NCBI GenBank assembly: GCA_002787155.1
Contig: PCVY01000028.1
Coordinates: forward strand, 9,478-73,477
Reading direction: 5' to 3'
Source: Candidatus Abzuiibacterium crystallinum
Lineage (GTDB): Bacteria; Omnitrophota; Omnitrophia; Omnitrophales; Abzuiibacteriaceae
DNA: 64,000 bases
A model generated the notes under the pieces. It saw only the letters and a program-made list of their open reading frames with translations, was not told the DNA's origin and searched no databases. The position numbers and the translations under genes are program-made. This document shows, piece after piece, positions 29,421 through 39,810 of the stretch. Numbering within the stretch: the first letter of the stretch is position 1; each line of letters begins with the position of its first letter.

Positions 29421-31109
29421 CTAAAGCTCCGTTAGGAAATCTTCTTTTCGAGATTGCGCTATCCAATCTGCAAATGCCCTCAAATCGGCTGCCTGACGCC
29501 AATCTTGCTCGTTATGGATATGAAGATGTGTTTGCACATCAGCCATTTCGCTTTTATCAAATTCAACCGAGAAAGATTTAATTGGAAGCGGTCTTTTTAA
29601 GAAAACACCAAACCCAAAGCGCTCCGCCAATTCTTGCTCTGAACTGGAAAGTCTTTTAATTTGATGAATGTTTTTAATACGGTACAAATAATCTGCTTGA
29701 TTCTCAGAATCACATGTAAAGCCTTTGCGGTCATAGCGCCCTGTCCCTGCCGTCAGCACTGGAATCCCAAAGGAAGCAGCTTCAATCCCGATGGTGCCGC
29801 GAACCGTCACACAATAATCCATGGTCTCAAACAATGAGAAGGTGTTCATCGGGTGATGGCTTGCCACGACTTTAATGTGAGAGGGTAGCCGCCCGATATG
29901 CTTTTTGATTGCAGTAACTTCAGATGGCTCTCCTTTACACCCATCACGAGCATCTTTTACCATATTCGCAGGGTGGACCTTGATTAACCAATTCACTGCT
30001 TTATTTTCAGCAGCGGCTTTCACAGTTTCAATTAACCAATCTTCATAATTGCGGAACAAATCTTCTCCCCAAAAAAAAGTACCGTCCCATAGAATATGGG
30101 AGAAAATTACCGCTATTTTTTTGTTGGGATCTAAGCTGAATTCCTGAACCATCTGCTCTTTTTTCATCATCTTTTTATTCACTTGTGTACCGACTTCGCT
30201 GTACCATTCCCCGTTCTCATAGCATGTTTTTAATTCATTCAACAACTGTTCGCTTTTTTTTGCACTCCAAGGCTCTTGTTTCATGCGCTGCCACGACTCG
30301 TTTGAAAGGGACGAATGATGTTCGTCTCGATTACTCGGATAATAACGTTTAAACATCAATGTGTTATTCTTATGCGCCACATTCCAAGTGACCGCTGGAA
30401 TGCCTTTCTCGATGCAGATATCAAAAGCTTCAGCATGCGGCGTATAGCCGCGATGCCCAAAAATAGCAATATCCGGCTTTAAGCTCTCCATTAAACCATT
30501 AAATCGTTTGGCATAAGCGATGGCGGAGGCCAAGGCATACGTTAAGTGTTTTCGCACTTTAATATCATGGATATCCAGCATGCCTACTCTGAGTTTTCTT
30601 AAAGCAGTGGATGCGGCAAATCGGCCGACACGCGCACCTAAGCATTCGACAGCCAATAGATCCTCAAAGGTTTTTAATCGATTCACCTTTTCTCCTGCCT
30701 CTTGCAATTCCTTCAGACTGGGAAAAGTATCACAATAGGATAACGAAATATTGCGATTAAGCCTTTGGTAACGATCTGCCCAGGACTCAGGCACCATCCA
30801 GACATGCGATTTAAAATTACCCAATTCAAGCCCTTTAATCAAAACCAATTCCATTTCTGTCACCGATGGCGACCCAATGTTCATGACAAGCGCTTTTCTG
30901 GCGGGCTGTTCTTTTGTGAGCTTGACGGATAAAACTTGGAAGTAATGTTGCTTGAAGTTTTGAAAACGAGCAGCTGCTTTTCGGCGTAAACGGCGTTTTG
31001 ATTCGGAAAAGTATGAAAAAAAGTCTATAAAAAAATAATAAGCGCTAGGCCACAAGCCTAACGCGATCAATAGCTTTCGGACAGAGGCTTTAATTAAGTG
31101 CGCAATCAA
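29421..31109 (-). CDS. Hypothetical protein, a candidate GT-B-type capsule-synthesis-like glycosyltransferase carrying an 'HP' motif
   Basis: The 562 aa product has a KVHPANM motif reminiscent of the HP motif of sialyl/Kdo transferases. It lies immediately upstream of NeuC-like and NeuB-like genes. There are no strong family motifs otherwise. Confidence 0.3.
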   Translation of the reverse strand: MIAHLIKASVRKLLIALGLWPSAYYFFIDFFSYFSESKRRLRRKAAARFQNFKQHYFQVLSVKLTKEQPARKALVMNIGSPSVTEMELVLIKGLELGNFKSHVWMVPESWADRYQRLNRNISLSYCDTFPSLKELQEAGEKVNRLKTFEDLLAVECLGARVGRFAASTALRKLRVGMLDIHDIKVRKHLTYALASAIAYAKRFNGLMESLKPDIAIFGHRGYTPHAEAFDICIEKGIPAVTWNVAHKNNTLMFKRYYPSNRDEHHSSLSNESWQRMKQEPWSAKKSEQLLNELKTCYENGEWYSEVGTQVNKKMMKKEQMVQEFSLDPNKKIAVIFSHILWDGTFFWGEDLFRNYEDWLIETVKAAAENKAVNWLIKVHPANMVKDARDGCKGEPSEVTAIKKHIGRLPSHIKVVASHHPMNTFSLFETMDYCVTVRGTIGIEAASFGIPVLTAGTGRYDRKGFTCDSENQADYLYRIKNIHQIKRLSSSEQELAERFGFGVFLKRPLPIKSFSVEFDKSEMADVQTHLHIHNEQDWRQAADLRAFADWIAQSRKEDFLTEL

Positions 31110-31145
31110 TGGCGAGTCTCACCTTTGCATCGGAATCAAGATGCT

Positions 31146-32159
31146 TTAAGTCATTTCATCAATGATGTAGGGCGATTCGGTGCTTTCCCACTTTTCAAAA
31201 ATACTAGCCGATTCTAGTATGGCGCGAACGCCCTTTTGAAGCGAAACGGTCGGTTTAAAGCCTAACAATTTTTGTGCCTTGCGGCCGGAGCAATAGCGGT
31301 GCCTGATTTCTCTGTGCGCGGTCCTGTCCGCCCCTTTAAAATTGCGGCGGTGTTTAATCGGTAGATGTGAGTTCCCAATAATCTTTCTCACCATTCCGGC
31401 AAGATCATTAATTGTGACAGGTTCACGGCTATTCCCCAAATCAATCACATGCCCATTGGCGCTGTTTTTTTGAAGCGCGGCCACTACACCCCGAGCGGTA
31501 TCACTGGCATAGCAATATGACCTTACTTGATTACCATTGCCATTAATGACCAACGGCTTGCCCCGCAGCGCATTTAAAATAAATCTTGGTAAAACAAATT
31601 GGGCGGGCTGATAAGGTCCATAAGCGTTGAAAAACCTTAAAATAACAAAATTAAAATCAGGATATTTTTGAGCGTATCCTTTGCAAAGTTCTTCACCCGC
31701 TAACTTGCTAATGGCATAAACGGATTTTCCCTGTGTCATCGCATTCTCATCGATCGGGTTTTGAAGGGGCTCTCCATAAACTTCAGAGGAAGATGCAAAA
31801 ATGAACTTTTTGATGCGATACTGAATCGCACAATCCAGTACCATTTTAGTGCCATCAATATTGACTTCTAAGCATCTTAAACGATTGACTTCGGTACGCT
31901 TAACTCCCAATAGTGCCGCTAAATGAATAACGGCATTGCAACCCTCCATGGCTTCACGAATGGTTGAATGATCCAAAATGGAACCATAAAAGATACGGAC
32001 TTTGGCCGGAATAGCAGAGCGGACTCTGGCAATTTGTTCACCCAAGTCAAGCAAATGCACCTTAAAACCCTGGGAAACAAGTTCATGGCACACCTGAAGA
32101 CCGATACAGCCGGCTCCTCCCGTTACTAAAACCCTTTTGTACCGCACCTGAGATTTCAT
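31146..32159 (-). CDS. NAD-dependent epimerase/dehydratase (UDP-sugar 4-epimerase-like)
   Basis: N-terminus VLVTGGAGCIGLQVCHEL. A YxxxK context is present (YAISK). The protein is 337 aa. Confidence 0.7.
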   Translation of the reverse strand: MKSQVRYKRVLVTGGAGCIGLQVCHELVSQGFKVHLLDLGEQIARVRSAIPAKVRIFYGSILDHSTIREAMEGCNAVIHLAALLGVKRTEVNRLRCLEVNIDGTKMVLDCAIQYRIKKFIFASSSEVYGEPLQNPIDENAMTQGKSVYAISKLAGEELCKGYAQKYPDFNFVILRFFNAYGPYQPAQFVLPRFILNALRGKPLVINGNGNQVRSYCYASDTARGVVAALQKNSANGHVIDLGNSREPVTINDLAGMVRKIIGNSHLPIKHRRNFKGADRTAHREIRHRYCSGRKAQKLLGFKPTVSLQKGVRAILESASIFEKWESTESPYIIDEMT

Positions 32160-33310
32160 TAATAAGTCATCCTTTTGATTTTGAATCTCTCTAAATTAAC
32201 ACATTCTAAAATCTTCAAGATCCTTTCTGAACTATGTCCGTCACCGTAAGGATTGCGGCACTGTTTCAGCTGCTTTTGATACCGCTGATTGCCAATCACA
32301 TATTTAATTGCTTTCAAAATCACATGGCGCCTAAAATTAGGGACATGAATGACATTTGAAGCGCACATTCGATCAATTTGGCGATTACCAATATTCACTG
32401 CCGCTAATTTAAAAGAGGGCGCTTCTAAAATACTGGCGCTTGAATTGCCTAGCAAAACTTTAACGTATTTTAACAAACTTAAGAAAATAGGCCTGTCAAT
32501 ATTGCGATAAACTTTGATGTTTGAATGCTTAGCATATCGATGAATGGTTTCAATGATCTTCTGCCCGCCCGCATCTACATTCGGATAAATCACAATGGTT
32601 TCATATCCGCTTAATCGCGCGGCTGCCAATGTTTCGTTCATTTGCCGGGCAGACTTATCCATTTCATACAAGACGGGATGTTGAATAATCAATAAAACCG
32701 GTTTTGAAAAATCACATTTAAAAATCCTTTTAATCTCTTCTTTTGACAGTTTCTTGCCTTGGACCACTTCATCCAGTTGAGGGGCGCCGACATTGAAAAC
32801 ACGCCAACGCTCCTCTCCCATTTTAATCACACGGTCAGCCGAATCTTGACAAGCCGGAAAATGAATATGAGCCAATTTGGTAATCGCATGCCGTGCGGAA
32901 CCATCAATATGGCCCGATAAATCACCGGACTGAATATGGGCCACTATTTTATTCATATAACAAGCCGCAACTGCCGCACCTAACATCTCTGCTCTATCCC
33001 CACTGAGAAGTACGACATCAGGATCTAAACGATCAAAAACACGTGCCATGCCTTGTATTTCAATACCCAGCGACCTGGTCCATTCCAGTGCGGTGTCATG
33101 CCGAACTGTCATATCCACTGTTGCCGCAGGCTTAAGCCCATCTCGTTTGATTTCATTAATTGTATAACCAAACCGCTTCATTAAATGCATGCCGGTAACA
33201 ACCAATTGAAGTTCTGAACGTTTCGACTTCTTGATTAACTTCATCAAACGCTTGGAATAACCGTAAGTGGCCCTGGCTGCCGTGATGACGGCAATGCGAC
33301 GTTTTCTCAT
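32159..33310 (-). CDS. UDP-N-acetylglucosamine 2-epimerase (hydrolysing), NeuC/LegG-like
   Basis: N-terminal IAVITAARATYGYSKRLMKLIKKSKRSELQLVVTGMHL matches the NeuC N-terminus (…VVTGTRAEYG…ELQLIVTGMHL). Confidence 0.75.
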   Translation of the reverse strand: MRKRRIAVITAARATYGYSKRLMKLIKKSKRSELQLVVTGMHLMKRFGYTINEIKRDGLKPAATVDMTVRHDTALEWTRSLGIEIQGMARVFDRLDPDVVLLSGDRAEMLGAAVAACYMNKIVAHIQSGDLSGHIDGSARHAITKLAHIHFPACQDSADRVIKMGEERWRVFNVGAPQLDEVVQGKKLSKEEIKRIFKCDFSKPVLLIIQHPVLYEMDKSARQMNETLAAARLSGYETIVIYPNVDAGGQKIIETIHRYAKHSNIKVYRNIDRPIFLSLLKYVKVLLGNSSASILEAPSFKLAAVNIGNRQIDRMCASNVIHVPNFRRHVILKAIKYVIGNQRYQKQLKQCRNPYGDGHSSERILKILECVNLERFKIKRMTY

Positions 33311-33314
33311 GCTT

Positions 33315-34355
33315 CTATTTTAGTTGACTCCAGCGGATCTGAACATTTTTTGGAATGTCGACACGTGCAATTTTTCCGATGACCTTCTTGTAATCTTTCG
33401 CCGGCACCGCACCTTTGGCAGGACTTGGTCTTTTTACCCAAACCATTTCAGGTTTGATACGGGTGCCTTTCTTAATTGATTTTTCAGAAACAACACTTTC
33501 TCTTGCCCAAGCAACAATTTCTTTTTCTTCGGGGAATATTTTTCGCTCAGCCCCTAAGGCTTGAAAAACGGCGTCGGCTCCTTTCACCAATTCTGTCAAC
33601 TCATGCGGCTCGATGGAAACAGGATGATCCGGCCCTTTTTGAAGTTTATCGAGCGTGTAATGTTTTTCAATCAAGCAAACGCCCAACGCCACACCGCCTA
33701 AAGCTGTATAGATGCCTCTTGAATGATCTGAAAGTCCAACCGGCACTTTAAATAACTCTGCGTACTTCTTAATCAAGCCTAAATTAACAATATGATAGGG
33801 CGTGGGATAAGCAGACACGCAATGTGTCACAATAAGCGGTGTGCCAATTAATTGAATAAGATCAACCGTTTCTTTAATTTCATTGATGGTACACATCCCC
33901 GTCGAAACAATCATGGGTTTGCCTTTGCGGGCAATATGCTCTTGGAGCGGTAAGTTGGTCAATTCACCCGAACCTGTTTTATAAGCCGAAACACCCAATG
34001 CTTCGAGTAAATCCGCACCCTTACGGCTAAAAGGTGTGCACAAATAAAGAATGCCGAGATCTTCGCACAGTTCCTTTAGTTTTTTGTGCTCGGCAATCGA
34101 TAAGTTTGTTTTCTTTAAGGTGTCATAAAGAGGTTCTTCAAAATTAGCCGATTGAGGTGCATCTTTAAGCATTTCATTTTCAAGCACATGGATTTGAAAC
34201 TTAATGGCATCTGCACCCGAAGCATGAGCCGTGTAAACCATTCGTTTAGCCGTTTCAAAATCACCTTGGTGATTTACAGCCGCTTCGGCCACGATAAAAG
34301 GTTTGTGCCCCGGCCCAACCAATCGATTGCCTATTTTGACTGCTTTGATAGCCAC
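33315..34355 (-). CDS. Nonulosonic acid synthase (NeuB/LegI/PseI family) with a C-terminal SAF domain
   Basis: FIVAEAAVNHQGDFETAKRMVYTAHASGADAIKFQ matches NeuB (IAEIGCNHNG…AGADAVKFQ). The protein is 346 aa. It is adjacent to the NeuC-like gene. Confidence 0.8.
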   Translation of the reverse strand: MAIKAVKIGNRLVGPGHKPFIVAEAAVNHQGDFETAKRMVYTAHASGADAIKFQIHVLENEMLKDAPQSANFEEPLYDTLKKTNLSIAEHKKLKELCEDLGILYLCTPFSRKGADLLEALGVSAYKTGSGELTNLPLQEHIARKGKPMIVSTGMCTINEIKETVDLIQLIGTPLIVTHCVSAYPTPYHIVNLGLIKKYAELFKVPVGLSDHSRGIYTALGGVALGVCLIEKHYTLDKLQKGPDHPVSIEPHELTELVKGADAVFQALGAERKIFPEEKEIVAWARESVVSEKSIKKGTRIKPEMVWVKRPSPAKGAVPAKDYKKVIGKIARVDIPKNVQIRWSQLK

Positions 34356-34409
34356 AAATCTCTCCTCTATAAGGTTAACACATTATTTTGTACCAAAAGT
34401 CCTTTGTTT

Positions 34410-35543
34410 TCAATGACTTATCGGCTCTTTTCCAAACCTCCTAAATCCTGCCTCCCAAATCATACAGCCCACATGCCGCCAACTTCTAGGTTCTGCGGCA
34501 ACTAGAAATAAAGATTTCCACGCCGCCCTAAAAAAGGAAAAACGCACACAGTAAAGAAAAAATTGTGCGATTGCCTTATACCGATGCGGCTCATCTTCAC
34601 CTATGACATAACCGAGGCCCCGCTGAAGGCATCGCATCGCTTCGTTTTTCATGCTTAACTTACGGAAACATTTCGCAATTGAAATACAATAAAGATACTT
34701 ATTCGCCATCATGGGATCATAGCTAATGCGCACCATTCCCTGATTAAGTTTTTCGTCGGCTTTTCTTCTTTCGTTATTCTTAATGTTTTGTATCGCTTTC
34801 TCAATCAAAGCATCAACCGATTCTGTAAAGTTTGGCAACGATTGTTTAGAATTTGGCGGAAACTGAAAGAAAATAGAATTGGTTCTATAATGACGCCGAA
34901 CCGGTAAATGAGAACGCACCCTATCTTTTTCTAAAACTATTTCAACTTTGCTGAGCATATTGATTGGCACTTGATTAGCTTCTATCCAATTCCAGACATG
35001 GCGAGCCTCCGGCGTATGTGCCAAGCGATCATGAAAAGCGATGTCTTGCATAAAAATAGCTCCGCTAATTCGCGGAAAAACGTTTTCGATATACCATTTG
35101 GCAAACCATGCTTCATGACAGCTATCTATGAGTAAAAAATCTGCCGTGCTTGGCGCAGATTGGATCGTTTCAACCACGTCGCCCAAATGAACAACGAGTC
35201 TGTTTGTGTCCCAATGGACATTTTGATTATTTCGAATGACAGATTCCGTATCCTGCCCATTTGTTTTGCGTAACAATTCAAACGAATGAACAACCCCTTT
35301 TTGATTTCTTGTTAAAGCTCCTAAAATATAATTGGTAGACCATCCGGCTGCCGGTGAAATTTCAAAAACAATTTCGGGTTTCAATTCTCTAATAGCAAGA
35401 TAAAGCATTTCACCCTCTGTATCGCCAAAAGCAGGCTTAAACCGCTGTTTTGCCATTTTAAAATAAATGTCTCTCAGCTCATCGGCTAACTCATATAGCT
35501 CATCCTGATATTTTGAATATAAAGCCAAGAAATCGATCATCAT
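34410..35543 (-). CDS. Putative methyltransferase-like protein (TylF/CmcI-like fold)
   Basis: KPEIVFEISPAAGWSTNYILGAL resembles the E-x-G…S motif of the TylF/CmcI family. The ORF-track start overlaps the upstream gene by 112 bp, so the start is trimmed here to the ATGATGA junction. Confidence 0.4.
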   Translation of the reverse strand: MMIDFLALYSKYQDELYELADELRDIYFKMAKQRFKPAFGDTEGEMLYLAIRELKPEIVFEISPAAGWSTNYILGALTRNQKGVVHSFELLRKTNGQDTESVIRNNQNVHWDTNRLVVHLGDVVETIQSAPSTADFLLIDSCHEAWFAKWYIENVFPRISGAIFMQDIAFHDRLAHTPEARHVWNWIEANQVPINMLSKVEIVLEKDRVRSHLPVRRHYRTNSIFFQFPPNSKQSLPNFTESVDALIEKAIQNIKNNERRKADEKLNQGMVRISYDPMMANKYLYCISIAKCFRKLSMKNEAMRCLQRGLGYVIGEDEPHRYKAIAQFFLYCVRFSFFRAAWKSLFLVAAEPRSWRHVGCMIWEAGFRRFGKEPISH

Positions 35544-36607
35544 TTTATCGGTAAACCAGCCAACCTCAATTGAATTAGACGAATGAAGAAAATAACTTTT
35601 CTGTACCAAGGCATATTCCGTGCGGTCAGAACACTTGCCAATACTTTGCACAGGTTCATCGGGTTTTTCTTCGCTTCAAAAGACAATGGCCAGCCAAAAG
35701 AATTAAATACGCGCCTGCCAATGCAGCTTTCGATTTGCCTGACATCTTTTTCTGAAAGCTTATCTTTCCAATAAGCAACGCCTTGTGAGGAAACCTGCTC
35801 AAACTGAAAACCGTGCATTGAGTTCCCTTGCCATGGGATGCCTGCTCTGGTCGGCTGAAGTAAGATATTATCCCATGAACTATTAAATGTTTTGACTAAC
35901 ATTTGCATCATTTGCTTAGGGTCGGCAGTTAGCATTTCATAGGTCATAAAAATAAATCGATTCTTACTTGACCCATGAAATCTTTTCTGGCAAGTCACGG
36001 CACACAGCAAGCTTCCGCTCCAATCTGAAAGAAAAGTATGAATGTTAAAATCAGGATCTATTCTCTTGGTTAAAGTTTTTGAGTATGAGTAGAAATTCGC
36101 ACGGGGATCTCTTAGAATATAAACAAATTGCGCTTTCGGAAATAATTTTAGCATCTTATCGATGTACAACTCGTTTAAAGGAGTTTTCTCGACCCAATAA
36201 CGAAATGATTGATTCACTTGACCGGAAACATCTCGATAAGCCAAAAGAAGCGCTTTGAGTAAACCAGCCTCAGAGTAACCGTCTATTTTCCAATAGTTTT
36301 CGAGCGCTTGCTTATATTGATCAAATTGGATCTGCGGATAGTCTACCAAACCAATGTCAGTCGTTTCAGAGGCGCCGATTCTAAAATGTTTGACGCCTGT
36401 GTCTTGGTAAATAGATTCTAAAATCTTTTCCCGTTTGACACCTTTTCTTATCATCGGAAGTAGATCGCCAAAAAAACGCGTTTCTTCCGGCATGACTAAA
36501 AAGTCGGGATGAGAATCCAAGAGGGACAATGTTAACGTTGTCCCCGATTTGGGAAAACCGCAAATAAAAATAGGCGTTAACTGATCAAATGTTTTAAGGG
36601 AATCCAC
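35540..36607 (-). CDS. Sulfotransferase (PAPS-dependent)
   Basis: 5'-PSB motif FICGFPKSGTT. 3'-PB motif ILRDPRANFYS (RDP…S). The protein is 355 aa. Confidence 0.75.
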   Translation of the reverse strand: MDSLKTFDQLTPIFICGFPKSGTTLTLSLLDSHPDFLVMPEETRFFGDLLPMIRKGVKREKILESIYQDTGVKHFRIGASETTDIGLVDYPQIQFDQYKQALENYWKIDGYSEAGLLKALLLAYRDVSGQVNQSFRYWVEKTPLNELYIDKMLKLFPKAQFVYILRDPRANFYSYSKTLTKRIDPDFNIHTFLSDWSGSLLCAVTCQKRFHGSSKNRFIFMTYEMLTADPKQMMQMLVKTFNSSWDNILLQPTRAGIPWQGNSMHGFQFEQVSSQGVAYWKDKLSEKDVRQIESCIGRRVFNSFGWPLSFEAKKNPMNLCKVLASVLTARNMPWYRKVIFFIRLIQLRLAGLPIK

Positions 36608-36612
36608 GGTAT

Positions 36613-37524
36613 TTATTGATTGTTTCCTTGTAAAACAGCAAAACGAACCTGGTCATTCGGCAATCGATCTAATGCTACTTCTTTTTGCCATTGAAAGTCT
36701 CGGGGATACCAGGGATGGCCTGATGTATAGAGAAACATGAGTAAGTATCGATCACTTTTTGTCGGTTTCAAACCTTTGTGATACCCAGAAGTGTCTGCAA
36801 TCACGATTGAATGTTTTTCCCCTGCACAAATTCGCCACTGACTTTCCGGCGCCACTGCAATCATTTTCTCATCTCGAATTCGACCATCTTTTTCTGCCTG
36901 CGCTTGTTTAGCAATACTGCCGCGCGCATGGGTTTTTGGGACGTAACAAAAAGGTCCATTTTCTTTTGTAACGTCATTAAGATAAATAAACACCTTAACA
37001 TTCATCACGTCGATATAATCACGATGCCAATATTGCGTCTCCGCTTCAGCCTGTTGGGTCGGAAAATCATGCCATATGTCAATCGCTCTTAAAAACCCCC
37101 ACATGCCTAAGTAGTCACCCACCATTTGAAGCAGCTCCGGTTGAAGCGCCAATTGAATCGCCGGATGTTCAAAACTTAGCATCTTTGACAAAAACATTTC
37201 TCGATATGCTTTTTCTCCTTTTGTTTGATAAGCGTTCTTTTGAAACGAAGCGACGCTCCTTTTCTGTTCGAGTTCATTCTCTATTTGCTCGAGCAAATGT
37301 TTGCTATGTGACGAGAAAAAATGGTTAACATGCGTACCAACAATACCTTCTTTTCTCAACTCTTGTGAAACCAGTGATAAAGCTGGGCGTTTGCTGGCGC
37401 GGGCATAGGATTGAACGCGTTGGCTGTTAAAACCATGCGACCACACGAAATACGAAATAGGCCGTAGCGCTGGAAAACGTATGATCCCCTGTGCGAAAGC
37501 ATGATATTGAGCAGGAATTGACAT
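36613..37524 (-). CDS. PhyH-family Fe(II)/2-oxoglutarate-dependent oxygenase
   Basis: H-x-D motif (YWHRDYID) and a downstream GPFCYVPKTH, consistent with the PhyH family. The protein is 303 aa. Confidence 0.55.
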   Translation of the reverse strand: MSIPAQYHAFAQGIIRFPALRPISYFVWSHGFNSQRVQSYARASKRPALSLVSQELRKEGIVGTHVNHFFSSHSKHLLEQIENELEQKRSVASFQKNAYQTKGEKAYREMFLSKMLSFEHPAIQLALQPELLQMVGDYLGMWGFLRAIDIWHDFPTQQAEAETQYWHRDYIDVMNVKVFIYLNDVTKENGPFCYVPKTHARGSIAKQAQAEKDGRIRDEKMIAVAPESQWRICAGEKHSIVIADTSGYHKGLKPTKSDRYLLMFLYTSGHPWYPRDFQWQKEVALDRLPNDQVRFAVLQGNNQ

Positions 37525-37543
37525 TTTAATGATCTTTCATAAA

Positions 37544-38491
37544 TTAAATCGGATATTTATAATCTTGTAAATCAAATTGAACGAGTTTCTGCAAATGCTG
37601 ATTACTTTCTTGGTAGTATGCTTTAAGACGCGTCCGCCATTCCGCAGACAAGATAGGCCGCCGTATCCCCATTAACTTTTCCAATCTGGCAATCCCATAA
37701 AACCATGCATAGGGGTTAAAAAACAGCGGCAAAAGTTTCGAACGATCCACAGGTCGTTTCAAAAAACCAGCCGGTTGAAACTCGGTTTTTGAAAAAAAAT
37801 TAAGCCATCGCACATACCGGCAAAAAAGCGGATCGTATCCCCGTCGCACATAAATTTTCATTTTGTCCGTTATTGTGATTGCGGGAACGCTTATCAATTG
37901 ACATATCTGATTACAAAATACTTGGATATTCCTAACCATCAGTTCATAAGGCAGTACTAAGACACGGCTCGCTCCAAAGCGATCTATGTAATATTGAACA
38001 AGTTGGTGATACCGCAAATGATCCAGTCTGAAATCACAATGTAATGTTTTTTGGCCCACAAAATCATTAAAGCGGCATGTCCCGCCGTTGAGGAGGTATT
38101 GCTTGTAAATTGACTCAACCATGTGAACTTGCTCACGCACTAAAATTAAAATCTTGGCTTGATGCAAAACCGCAGAGATACGATCCGCATTTCGCTTGGC
38201 ATCACTCGACCCTTTCCAAGGATTCCCGACCAATCCTTCACTGGAAAGTACAATGGTTTTTGGAGAATCTGATTTTTTAATGTTTGTATTGAAAATTGCT
38301 TGCCACTTGGCCGGTGCAAATTCAAAATCGTTCTCTGTAAAAACCGACTTGAGAAAATCATGAACCCATGGGACAGCGTCTGTGTAACGTTTTCCTAAAA
38401 AAAGGATATCGGGAAGTTGGGGGAAGAATATCTTTTGCAGCCAAGTAGAACCGGCTTTTTGATACCCGATGTGAATCATAAAGTCTGTCAT
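37544..38491 (-). CDS. Sulfotransferase-like protein
   Basis: N-terminal IHIGYQKAGSTWL (5'-PSB-like K-x-G-S-T). LVREQVHMVES (R-x7-S, 3'-PB-like). The protein is 315 aa. Confidence 0.55.
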   Translation of the reverse strand: MTDFMIHIGYQKAGSTWLQKIFFPQLPDILFLGKRYTDAVPWVHDFLKSVFTENDFEFAPAKWQAIFNTNIKKSDSPKTIVLSSEGLVGNPWKGSSDAKRNADRISAVLHQAKILILVREQVHMVESIYKQYLLNGGTCRFNDFVGQKTLHCDFRLDHLRYHQLVQYYIDRFGASRVLVLPYELMVRNIQVFCNQICQLISVPAITITDKMKIYVRRGYDPLFCRYVRWLNFFSKTEFQPAGFLKRPVDRSKLLPLFFNPYAWFYGIARLEKLMGIRRPILSAEWRTRLKAYYQESNQHLQKLVQFDLQDYKYPI

Positions 38492-38511
38492 GACAACAAA
38501 CCTTTCCTATA

Positions 38512-39807
38512 TCATTGAATGACTTGCGAAAAGTCTTGGCCGGAAGGCAATACTAATTTGAATGTTTGTGACACAATGACATGTCCATGTTTGGGTGCTG
38601 GAAAACTGCTGTAACCGGTTTCCCCGCTATCGACCACTTCAAAAAATCCCGCTCGGTCAATCATATCGGTTATTCCGTGATCATCTTTGAACGCTAAATT
38701 CATCCAATACTTTCCGGGAATTAACGGCAGGCGTTTCACAAGACAAACGATCTTACCTCTTGGCGGTGCATCCAAAAATCCGTTTTTCTCCAAATAGTGC
38801 GTCCCGCATGAGAAAATCACTGATCCATTTGTATCAACTATATTCAATACCAGCCTTAACCTAAACAAAGATTGTTTGGATGAGGAATCATACGAAATCT
38901 CAAAATGCGTGTCGGTGCCACTTTGAGGCGGCGCCTGTGGGTCACCTGCCTTCGAAACCTTTATATCAACTGCCCGAACCGCCCCACTGCCGCTTCGATC
39001 GTGACGGTCTTTTAGGGACACTGATGTACTTTTGACTTGAGAATCATCCTTCTGCAAATATTGTTGAATCACATTTTCTGGCAAACCGATTGTTTTAATT
39101 CTGCCCTGTTCTAAATGAACGGCGCTGGTGCAAAGATTTCTGATTGCGCTCATGTTATGGCTGACAAATAAAACGGTTCGGCCGCTGTGAGCTACTGCGC
39201 TTACCTTATCGATACACTTCTTTTGAAATGCAAAGTCGCCAACCGCGAGCACTTCATCAACGAGCAATATCTCCGGATGTAAATGAGCCGCCACTGAAAA
39301 AGCTAACCGGACATACATGCCGCTCGAGAAACGTTTAACCGGCGTATCGATAAATTTTTCAACGCCTGAAAAATCAACAATGGCGTCAAATTGCCTGTCA
39401 ATCTCTGATTTTCTCATGCCGATAATCGCCCCATTTAAGTAAACGTTCTCGCGGCCCGTCAGTTCCGGATGGAACCCGACGCCCACCTCCAAAAGCGACC
39501 CCACTCTGCCTTGGATTTCAGCATGTCCTTCCGTTGGTTCGGTCACACGGGAAAGTATCTTGAGTAACGTAGACTTGCCGGCACCGTTAGAGCCGACAAT
39601 CCCTAATATTTCACCTTTTTTAATTTCTAATGAAATATCCTTAACAGCCCAAACCTCATTGGAACTGGCAGCGGTCATCTTACTCTTCGGACGGAACGGT
39701 ACTCTTAATGTGCCGGCTATAATATCTCGAAGCGCATAATAAGGTTCGCGGGCCCCGATACAATACCGTTTGCCAACACCAGTGATTTTAATTGCAACGT
39801 CACTCAT
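38512..39807 (-). CDS. wzt: Glycan ABC exporter ATP-binding protein Wzt/TagH/KpsT-like, with a C-terminal extension of about 170 aa predicted to be a glycan-terminus-binding domain
   Basis: Walker A GIVGSNGAGKST. Signature FSSGMYVRLAF. Walker B LLVDEVLAVGD. The 431 aa length is typical of Wzt proteins carrying a C-terminal carbohydrate-binding module. Confidence 0.8.
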   Translation of the reverse strand: MSDVAIKITGVGKRYCIGAREPYYALRDIIAGTLRVPFRPKSKMTAASSNEVWAVKDISLEIKKGEILGIVGSNGAGKSTLLKILSRVTEPTEGHAEIQGRVGSLLEVGVGFHPELTGRENVYLNGAIIGMRKSEIDRQFDAIVDFSGVEKFIDTPVKRFSSGMYVRLAFSVAAHLHPEILLVDEVLAVGDFAFQKKCIDKVSAVAHSGRTVLFVSHNMSAIRNLCTSAVHLEQGRIKTIGLPENVIQQYLQKDDSQVKSTSVSLKDRHDRSGSGAVRAVDIKVSKAGDPQAPPQSGTDTHFEISYDSSSKQSLFRLRLVLNIVDTNGSVIFSCGTHYLEKNGFLDAPPRGKIVCLVKRLPLIPGKYWMNLAFKDDHGITDMIDRAGFFEVVDSGETGYSSFPAPKHGHVIVSQTFKLVLPSGQDFSQVIQ

Positions 39808-39810
39808 ATC

